From a virus (lineage: Duplodnaviria; Caudoviricetes): DNA of 64,000 nt. The translations under genes were made by a program, and so were the position numbers. Location: IMG/VR virus record IMGVR_UViG_3300033073_000981, positions 3,142 through 67,141 of that record; one strand, 5' to 3'. Under the pieces are notes generated by a model, which was not told where the DNA came from, made no database searches, and saw only the letters and a list, made by a program, of their open reading frames with translations. Below, piece by piece: positions 57,014 through 64,000 of the stretch (the first letter of the stretch is position 1; each line of letters begins with the position of its first letter).

Positions 57014-57023
57014 TATTACACAA
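57014..57023 (-). promoter_or_regulatory. variant candidate late motif TTGTGTAATA
   Basis: Directly after the stop of 57024..57887. Confidence 0.35.
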
Positions 57024-57887
57024 TTATTCAGTAGAATCGGACTTCTTTTTCTTAGGCTTTTTTACTTCTTCAACAGGCTCGCCGTCTTCAGAAATAGGGT
57101 TTCCGTCATCATCTGTAAATGGCGAGAAGTCAACTTCTGTTTTAACGCCATTTCTATCAACTCTATATGACTTTCCATTTTCATCATAAGCAATGAAATA
57201 GCCTTCGCTATCAATCAATCTTTCAGTTCCATCTTCATCAATTGAAATAAGATGTCCTTCTTTATTAATTAACTTACCTTCTTCATTAGTGAATTTGAAT
57301 TTCTTCAAGAATTCGTTTTCAGGAAGGTTCTTTTCATAATTCTGATCAAGGTTGTAAAGAATATTTGCAAGTTCACCAGCAGCTTTTACTGCCCAAGGTT
57401 CTGCGCCTCTATCATTATAATCTTCGATGCTCTTAAATACAGGCTTCTTAGTAGAAGGATCAATAACACAAACTGATACTAGATAATCAAACCGAGCATT
57501 ATCAGCAGTGCCTTCGGCAGTATTGTTGTCATATGAAGTTCTAACGGAAATCAAGTCTCTAAACTCAGCTCTCGCGCGTTTAAGTTCTAGTGCTGTAGCT
57601 TTAGCTTTTTTAAGTGGAATTCCACCCTTTTTAAGAACGAGTTCTAGTGCGCTAATTTTTTGAATGTATTCTTCATACTTAGCTTCCTTTTCCTTGCTCC
57701 ACAATCCTTTCTTTTCTAAAATATCATTTAGTTCCTGTCTTAGATAGGCTTTCTTTTCTAGACTTTCTGCCCAAACTTTATTATAGACAATTTGAGATTC
57801 GTTATAATCTCTTCTTGTAGGCTTCTTAATAAGAACTTTAACATCCCCTTCAACTACTTCTCTATATTCCTCTGACATATTAATCAT
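57024..57887 (-). CDS. putative tail assembly chaperone
   Basis: Position between tube and TMP; charged C-terminus. Confidence 0.55.
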   Translation of the reverse strand: MINMSEEYREVVEGDVKVLIKKPTRRDYNESQIVYNKVWAESLEKKAYLRQELNDILEKKGLWSKEKEAKYEEYIQKISALELVLKKGGIPLKKAKATALELKRARAEFRDLISVRTSYDNNTAEGTADNARFDYLVSVCVIDPSTKKPVFKSIEDYNDRGAEPWAVKAAGELANILYNLDQNYEKNLPENEFLKKFKFTNEEGKLINKEGHLISIDEDGTERLIDSEGYFIAYDENGKSYRVDRNGVKTEVDFSPFTDDDGNPISEDGEPVEEVKKPKKKKSDSTE

Positions 57888-58242
57888 CTCCTCGATTATT
57901 CATAAAAGGTAAATTCATAGTATACTTTTTCCAAGTAATATCGTAACTATTAAACTCGTTTTCTAAATTCCTCATCTGTGTATTACCACGATCTAGGATT
58001 TCTGACCGCATTTCTTCAAAAATATTCCTCAAAGACTTTTGCTCAGCAGTAGGATTATCGACATCCCATAAAAATCCTAAATGGCTTTCAATACTTGAAA
58101 TTGCACCAATCATGGTAGTTTGAATTTTTTTCTTAGAAATATTTAAGAGTTTCTCTCTAGACAGCTCTCTCTTTTGCTCTTCTCTTTTTGATTTCAGGTC
58201 AAAAGATTTTTTTATATAGTTTGTGTAATTATAATCATCCAT
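57880..58242 (-). CDS. hypothetical tail-region protein
   Basis: 120-aa coupled ORF. Confidence 0.65.
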   Translation of the reverse strand: MDDYNYTNYIKKSFDLKSKREEQKRELSREKLLNISKKKIQTTMIGAISSIESHLGFLWDVDNPTAEQKSLRNIFEEMRSEILDRGNTQMRNLENEFNSYDITWKKYTMNLPFMNNRGDD

Positions 58243-59282
58243 TAATTTCCTCTTACTCTATTTGAGAACAAGTTATTTTGTTGAATTCCAATATCCATAG
58301 CCACATCGGGGAAATGAATATCCTGTATATTTGCATTACCTTTAATTACATTTATCCTTTCATTCTTAACACGTTTGGCATGAGCAGAATTAAAATCTTC
58401 TATATAGCTCGCTTCTTCATCAGAACTAGCAACTAAGAATACTTCACCAGCATTAGCTATTTTGCTATTAGAGGTAAAGGAGTTGATTTCCTGATCTTTC
58501 TTCATCCTATCGTATTTTTTCTTTTGCTCAATAAACCAACCATCCAAACAATCGTCGTCTTCAATAACTTTCTCTGGGGGGCTTTCTTGACTTTCGTAAA
58601 CATTGTCATACATTGTAGAAAAAGAACATAGTGCAATTTGATCTCTAGTCATCATTGAAACAGGTCTTGTAAAAAGATTTCCGGTTTTCTTTCCTAAATT
58701 CCACATAGGTCTCCACCCATCAGATCGTGCAACTTTTCTAAATTCTTCAGAAGGTATAACTGAAGATTCATAGTGTGTCATGATTGTATTTACAGAAAAT
58801 TTAGACCAATCATATTTTTGTTCTGTATCTTTATAATATGTTGAATTTTCTATAATCCAATTCCACTGAGCTAAAGTGGCAACACCTTCGCATGTCAAAT
58901 GATCAAATTGATTTTTCTTTTTATATATTTTTCCTAGCATCTTTTCAGACTCTTTAATAAGATATTTTAATCCCATTAATTTTTTAAGGTTCATAAAATT
59001 TTTAAAACATTCAACTTTAAGCTCTTCAATATCTTTTTTAAGTTTTTGTATATCCATATCATCAAAAGGTGAATAATATCCTTTTTCCATAAGAAGCTCT
59101 TCAGCTTCTTCTCTTATCATAACACCTTTTGTATATGCCTTATCATATATCTCTTCGTATATCGATGAGGAGTTATACATCATATCCTGATCTGGTTCGA
59201 GTATATATAAAGAAAGACCATCTCTGCGGAAGCTGAGATGGCCCTTCATAATTCTATATAGTGTAAAGTCCGTCCTATCCAT
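58242..59282 (-). CDS. hypothetical tail-region protein (possible chaperone)
   Basis: 346-aa ORF right after the tail tube gene. Confidence 0.6.
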   Translation of the reverse strand: MDRTDFTLYRIMKGHLSFRRDGLSLYILEPDQDMMYNSSSIYEEIYDKAYTKGVMIREEAEELLMEKGYYSPFDDMDIQKLKKDIEELKVECFKNFMNLKKLMGLKYLIKESEKMLGKIYKKKNQFDHLTCEGVATLAQWNWIIENSTYYKDTEQKYDWSKFSVNTIMTHYESSVIPSEEFRKVARSDGWRPMWNLGKKTGNLFTRPVSMMTRDQIALCSFSTMYDNVYESQESPPEKVIEDDDCLDGWFIEQKKKYDRMKKDQEINSFTSNSKIANAGEVFLVASSDEEASYIEDFNSAHAKRVKNERINVIKGNANIQDIHFPDVAMDIGIQQNNLFSNRVRGN

Positions 59283-59302
59283 CCTTGCTCACTAACTATT
59301 TA

Positions 59303-60382
59303 TTAGCTAACTACACCAGTGATTGTCTTAAATGCATTGAAACCTTGGTATGAGAAGGTCATTGTAGCATTTCCACCACCAGTATCGCCGCCTGTGTAAT
59401 TGACGCTTGTAAGTTTGTTTCTTGATCCAAGATCAATTTCAAAAGTTCTTGATCCATTATTCCAGAACAAGTCGATTGATCTATCCATCAATGAATAGTT
59501 CTGACCGCTAGAAGAAACCCAGTCACCGCTTGTTGAGATAACTTCAAAGTCACAAGTAACAGAAATTGGGAAATTGGCATACTTGACATATGGTAAGAAT
59601 TTACCAAGTTCAAAGATGTTTTCACGACCAATGTCTGCTGTAACTGTAATCGTTTGAATCTTCGAGTTTTCTCCATTTGTAGTTTTGAGAACTTCAGCAG
59701 GAAGAACAGAAAGTGATTGACTAAAGTGTTGTCTACGGAAAACAGTTCCTAAAACACCTGAAAATCTATTTGCAACACCAGACTGATTAACAGGAGAATC
59801 ATAATATGGTTCATTAATACCAGCATATCCGCCAAGCGTTCCACTTGGATTTCCTGATGGGTACAAAGCACCTACACCCGGAGAATTAAGAATATAATTG
59901 GTATGACTTGGGAATAATGAACTATCTGACCATGACTTTTGATTTCCAACAAATGTTACGGATTCTGTCGAATTACCTTCAACTGGGAATGTATAAGTAA
60001 CATTGCTTGGGCGCATACCTGAGCAGTATACAAGGCCATTAAATCCAGTACCTGTAGCAGCGCTATTTGTGTCTGGGTAAATAATTAAATAAATACCAGC
60101 TTTTTGATTTGAGGCAGCAACGATGCTTTGGCTACCCGAAGATGCGGCTGTTAGATAAGTTGTGGGCCAACCGTCAAGAACTCTTTCGGTTGTAACTTCA
60201 ATTTCAGCAATATTTTCGATGTTTTGATAAAGAGCTAATTGACCAAGTTCGAAAATTTGTTCTAGGTTAAAGTTGGTTGTGATACCAACAGATTGCATAC
60301 CGTGCATCCAGCTAATTGTTCCAGTGTCGTCTGGTTGAATTCCAACTGCTTGCACAGCATAAAAAATACGATTTGTTGCCAT
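59303..60382 (-). CDS. major tail tube protein with duplicated tube domain
   Basis: Synteny; internal repeat LEQIFELGQ / RENIFELGK; beta-rich, Ser/Thr/Gly-rich. Confidence 0.75.
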   Translation of the reverse strand: MATNRIFYAVQAVGIQPDDTGTISWMHGMQSVGITTNFNLEQIFELGQLALYQNIENIAEIEVTTERVLDGWPTTYLTAASSGSQSIVAASNQKAGIYLIIYPDTNSAATGTGFNGLVYCSGMRPSNVTYTFPVEGNSTESVTFVGNQKSWSDSSLFPSHTNYILNSPGVGALYPSGNPSGTLGGYAGINEPYYDSPVNQSGVANRFSGVLGTVFRRQHFSQSLSVLPAEVLKTTNGENSKIQTITVTADIGRENIFELGKFLPYVKYANFPISVTCDFEVISTSGDWVSSSGQNYSLMDRSIDLFWNNGSRTFEIDLGSRNKLTSVNYTGGDTGGGNATMTFSYQGFNAFKTITGVVS

Positions 60383-60435
60383 TTATATTATCTCCATTAT
60401 AGATCTATTTTAAAGAGAAGCGAGAGCTAAATAAG

Positions 60436-60444
60436 TATACACAA
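60436..60444 (-). promoter_or_regulatory. candidate late-promoter motif TTGTGTATA
   Basis: 3 nt past the stop of 60448..61425, upstream of the tail tube ATG. Confidence 0.5.
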
Positions 60445-60447
60445 AAA

Positions 60448-61425
60448 TTAAGTGATAGATAGCATCTTTACTTGAGTGGAACATCGAACTGTTCCCACAT
60501 AAAAATCAACTGACATTTGGGCTATATTGTTAATTTTAGTATTATATATTCTACATGTATCATATGGATACCATTCTACCCAATATGGATAAGAATAAGT
60601 TCTATTAACTAAGTCATTTTTAAAGGTCATTGGATAAGCACCAGAGAAAGAAATCTTATTAGTATCAAAAAGATTTATCACTCTATCGTTTTGATATGAT
60701 ATAATATTTAATAGATTTGAACAATCAGTTTCGCGATTTGAAAATACATAAAATAGAATATCTGTATTAGCCCATTGTCCACCACCAAGCTGATATGGCT
60801 GATAAGTTCTATTAGGTACAACTTCAACAAAAATAGCAGGTAGTTGAACTCTAGTTTGTCCAAGCTGAACCCAGTCACCCGATCCTGTTAAAAAGTTTCT
60901 GTCAATTCTGAAATCATTAGTTTGAATTTGACGGAAAAACGCAACACCTTCGGCGCGATCAACTTTCACCCATTTATAGGAGTAATTTAGTTGAACTGTA
61001 GAAGTAGCCGGAATAGGATTGTTAAAAAATATTCTACCGTCAACAAAATCTATTCTATATCCAGTTGCTGATGGTCCAGTGTAATAACCAGACGATGGAT
61101 TATACGTATATGGTAGAAATGTATTGTTGACATATATGCCACTAACTTGAATAGGCTGAGTCGCATTTGAAACACCTGTTTCCCAAATCCAATTTTCTCT
61201 AAAACCTTGCCATACCTGATTGGGTTTAAAGTTTGGATCTTGCGCGGGACGTAAATCCGTTTTATAACCGCCATACATTCCTGATTCTGGGATACGAACA
61301 TTGTTAAAACCGCCTTTTTCCATTAAACCCCAGTCAAGAAATGTAATAAAATTATCCAATAATATATTAGATAATGTTGCATCTTGAGTATTTTGTATTC
61401 CGATTAATGATGGATTGTAGCTCAT
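60448..61425 (-). CDS. tail completion/terminator-like structural protein
   Basis: Synteny; LPAIFV...YQLGGGQ...DILFYV pattern. Confidence 0.55.
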   Translation of the reverse strand: MSYNPSLIGIQNTQDATLSNILLDNFITFLDWGLMEKGGFNNVRIPESGMYGGYKTDLRPAQDPNFKPNQVWQGFRENWIWETGVSNATQPIQVSGIYVNNTFLPYTYNPSSGYYTGPSATGYRIDFVDGRIFFNNPIPATSTVQLNYSYKWVKVDRAEGVAFFRQIQTNDFRIDRNFLTGSGDWVQLGQTRVQLPAIFVEVVPNRTYQPYQLGGGQWANTDILFYVFSNRETDCSNLLNIISYQNDRVINLFDTNKISFSGAYPMTFKNDLVNRTYSYPYWVEWYPYDTCRIYNTKINNIAQMSVDFYVGTVRCSTQVKMLSIT

Positions 61426-62048
61426 ATATTTGTTCTTATTATATCCAGAATTTCTTTTTCTTTACTTGCTAACGCTCTTGTGATAAAATTATCAGAAGCA
61501 GTTCCAGAAAATTGTGAATCTACTTTAAAAGCACCCGTTGGCTTCATAATAGCTCCACCGGAGCGACTAGATGGAAAATCTCCATAATCAACATGATAAT
61601 CTGTAATCAATATTGAGTCACCAGCAGTAAGCAACCATTCTAACCAAGGTATAGTTTGACCCTTATCTGTTTGAATTGATGATCCCGGTAATGCAAATAG
61701 ATTTCTAAAATCACTTGGTTGTATATATATAGAAAGAACTGCACTTGCTGATTTTTTATAAAGTCTTATATTTTTAAAATATACATAAGTTGAATTAGCA
61801 ATAGCATAAATTATTTCATGTGTTGGGTCGTCAGATAGACCAAAGTCTGTCCTTAATTTGCCCGATTGTAAAGATTTTATTTCTGGACACACTTCTAAGG
61901 CATCAATAACTAAATTAATAATTTGAGAATGAATTCTGGGCTTAGATTTATTTAAAGATACTTTTAGCTCGTCTTCCATAGCCTTTAGAATATTCTGCTC
62001 TATTTTGAAATTGGAATCTGTTATTTTAATTTTACAATTGGGACTCAT
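61422..62048 (-). CDS. neck/tail-completion-like protein
   Basis: Likely start ATG 62048 within track ORF ..62117; synteny. Confidence 0.5.
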   Translation of the reverse strand: MSPNCKIKITDSNFKIEQNILKAMEDELKVSLNKSKPRIHSQIINLVIDALEVCPEIKSLQSGKLRTDFGLSDDPTHEIIYAIANSTYVYFKNIRLYKKSASAVLSIYIQPSDFRNLFALPGSSIQTDKGQTIPWLEWLLTAGDSILITDYHVDYGDFPSSRSGGAIMKPTGAFKVDSQFSGTASDNFITRALASKEKEILDIIRTNI

Positions 62049-62547
62049 TGTATGCACTCCAAAATGTAACCACATACTTTTGTGGATTTTGCAAAAAGCC
62101 CATTGGATAAAAGTCACTTATTCTTTGAAGTTTTTGATTATTATAGTTGTCTATATTGGTATAATAATGCGGAATACAATATTTACACTGTTGAAGTTTT
62201 GGCAAATCGTCAATTTTTGCTACTATCTGAGCAGCGGCATTTGCTAATTGAACTTGCGCTCCAACATTCAGCCATTCTTTTTGAGAATAATAGATACGAG
62301 CATAAACTTCTTCAGTAGTTTCAATCATTTTAAAGCCCGCGCCTTCACACCAAGGACAAAGCATTCCATCTGTAAAAGGATATGGACCGCCAGTTTTATA
62401 TCTACCGTTAGATCTATATCCGTTAAATGTGCAATTAGGACATTCTTCTCTAACTTCAGGATAAACAAGCGTAATCGCTCTGCTCCAGATATTATCTACA
62501 GCTTCATTATAAATACCGAATAAGTCGGGAGAGAGCGATATGGCCAT
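62032..62547 (-). CDS. head closure/stopper-like protein with CxxC pairs
   Basis: CPNC...CPWC; synteny. Confidence 0.5.
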   Translation of the reverse strand: MAISLSPDLFGIYNEAVDNIWSRAITLVYPEVREECPNCTFNGYRSNGRYKTGGPYPFTDGMLCPWCEGAGFKMIETTEEVYARIYYSQKEWLNVGAQVQLANAAAQIVAKIDDLPKLQQCKYCIPHYYTNIDNYNNQKLQRISDFYPMGFLQNPQKYVVTFWSAYNESQL

Positions 62548-62765
62548 TAGTATGGTAATCCTGAAGGTGTTGAATAGTAGTAACGCGGGCGATTAAGTCT
62601 TGTATCCAAATGAGCATAGAAATCATTCGGAGAGTATCCTCTCATGACTGGAGGATTAAGTGTTTTATAACCTGTTGCATTTGCAACTTGCGGCTGTAGT
62701 ACAATTCGTCCCTCGCGTGAGGTATATGTACCCGCCACAACATCTGACACGTCTGCATTTGGCAT
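62547..62765 (-). CDS. small hypothetical protein
   Basis: 72-aa coupled ORF. Confidence 0.6.
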   Translation of the reverse strand: MPNADVSDVVAGTYTSREGRIVLQPQVANATGYKTLNPPVMRGYSPNDFYAHLDTRLNRPRYYYSTPSGLPY

Positions 62766-62776
62766 ATTTTTTTCCT

Positions 62777-63289
62777 TTAACCAAAGAAGCCAGCACGATA
62801 GTCGATATAGCCACGATTGGCAGTATCGGAACCCGGTGAGTATGGACCAAGAATAGACTTTCCAAAACCGTATTTACCAGTCTTATACATGAGAATCATG
62901 TGATCTAATCTTGCTACAAGATCTTGATATATGATTTTTAAATTTTGAACAATACCTCTTGTATCAATGGATGATTGACCATCTCTTATTGCGATGCTTT
63001 GAAGTGAGTACGTTTTCATCATACTTCTATATAAAATAATAGCGGCCTGAGTTGTACACAGGGCTATAAAATCATCGTCTTTTGGATTTGACGTAGTTGG
63101 ATCTGGAATTAAAGATCCTTCGTCAACATTCACCTGATAAGCGTTGAGAAACTCAACATCAGCCTGTAAAATATATGTTGAAGCTAGAATAGTTTCTTCT
63201 AATCTTGAATCAGAAAATTTATAATTAGATGAATCTAAATCATCAATCATATGACGCAGGACAAGAACCATTTCATTTTCCCAAGCCAT
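62777..63289 (-). CDS. head-tail adaptor-like protein
   Basis: LRHMIDD...YKFSDSRLE helical pattern; synteny. Confidence 0.55.
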   Translation of the reverse strand: MAWENEMVLVLRHMIDDLDSSNYKFSDSRLEETILASTYILQADVEFLNAYQVNVDEGSLIPDPTTSNPKDDDFIALCTTQAAIILYRSMMKTYSLQSIAIRDGQSSIDTRGIVQNLKIIYQDLVARLDHMILMYKTGKYGFGKSILGPYSPGSDTANRGYIDYRAGFFG

Positions 63290-63304
63290 TTAATAACTCC
63301 TGTC

Positions 63305-63613
63305 TCATGATAAATTTCTGAAAACTTTAAATCTTTGAATGTCAGTAGAAAAAACACTAGAACCAAAATCTACTTTTGCTTGAATTTGCCATGTGCCAAC
63401 TTGATTCAAATCTCCTGTGACGGTAGTATATTTTATTTTACCATCTGTGCCATCAGTTACAAGACTTGCATTTTTTATTAGATCACCGCCATCCGGATTT
63501 TCAAAAATAATATAAATATTATCAGCATTAGACACATCTAAAGGAACTGAGTCATTCATTACAGTTATATTAAAATTAACACCAACATCGCCATAATGTA
63601 TTTCAGAAGCCAT
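63305..63613 (-). CDS. BppU N-terminal-like Ig-fold protein
   Basis: DGTDGKIKYTTVTGDLNQVGTWQIQAKV. Confidence 0.65.
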   Translation of the reverse strand: MASEIHYGDVGVNFNITVMNDSVPLDVSNADNIYIIFENPDGGDLIKNASLVTDGTDGKIKYTTVTGDLNQVGTWQIQAKVDFGSSVFSTDIQRFKVFRNLS

Positions 63614-63988
63614 TTAAAATTCCTTTATTGCGTTTAGTATAAAATCTGTTGATCTAACAATTCCTAACTCATAGTTGACATCTGTGCTAAGATATAGATC
63701 TTGAATAAAGTCAGAGGTGTGATAAGCTATTTGGAGTTCCTCTGTATTTAGCGTCATGATAGTATCTTTATTTGTAGTTACATACATAATATGATACACA
63801 TTTATTTGACGTATTGGATTTAAAGAAGACGATAAATCTGAAAAACAATCAAATTGAACAGATTCGTAAAAATTTATAACCGAAGAAGGATCTAAAGCCG
63901 CCTCCGCTGACAAAGATGCAAATGCATAAAGTACATCTGAGCTTAATGCTGAATATGGAGTTGATGAGATAGGTGAGAATGATAACAT
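63614..63988 (-). CDS. hypothetical virion protein
   Basis: 124-aa ORF starting MLSFSPISSTPYSAL. Confidence 0.6.
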   Translation of the reverse strand: MLSFSPISSTPYSALSSDVLYAFASLSAEAALDPSSVINFYESVQFDCFSDLSSSLNPIRQINVYHIMYVTTNKDTIMTLNTEELQIAYHTSDFIQDLYLSTDVNYELGIVRSTDFILNAIKEF

Positions 63989-64000
63989 GTATTAGTGTCT

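Noticed and set aside
57024-57070. Programmed frameshift extending the tail chaperone (lambda G-GT type)
   Set aside because: Both alternative frames hit stops within about 15 codons, so there is no extension ORF.
4826-62865. Many short antisense or alternate-frame ORFs in the track (e.g. 5177..5461, 22930..23319, 54319..54738, 55018..55293)
   Set aside because: They are shadow ORFs overlapping well-supported genes, with no recognisable motifs or RBS.
1-64000. Stop-codon reassignment
   Set aside because: Genes are long, intact and tightly packed in code 11. TAA and TGA end most genes. The TAG at 23353 gives no in-frame fusion to ssb.
1-64000. tRNA or rRNA genes
   Set aside because: The intergenic gaps are short and none showed a cloverleaf or T-loop signature by eye; tRNAscan-SE would confirm.

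Overview
This window is a 64-kb segment of a large, AT-rich tailed dsDNA phage (Caudoviricetes-like), read in the standard genetic code. It has two convergent blocks. The plus strand (1-31.9 kb) carries a phage sigma factor, nucleotide metabolism genes (dCMP deaminase, class II RNR, dUTPase, dNMP kinase), PhoH, and recombination/replication genes (RecA, DnaB, primase, Cas4-like nuclease, SSB, putative annealing protein). It also carries a DnaE-type polymerase split into two genes with a DEDDh exonuclease between the halves, and an 8-gene glycosyltransferase/nucleotidyltransferase cluster. The minus strand (32.1-64 kb) is a morphogenesis block: head-tail joining proteins, tail tube, chaperones, a 2316-aa tape measure protein, and large tail-tip proteins, several of them cysteine-rich. 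A bidirectional terminator at about 31.98 kb separates the blocks. The most notable observations are (i) the intein-less split DnaE with an interposed exonuclease, (ii) a full-length second tail-tube paralog stranded between RNR and PhoH, (iii) the large glycan-building cluster, (iv) a candidate phage-sigma promoter motif (TGTGTA[A]TA) sitting at stop codons just ahead of structural genes, and (v) a Cys-rich tail-tip module with paralogous domains. All product calls come from motif recognition by eye; no database searches were run. I saw no tRNA, CRISPR array or DGR.
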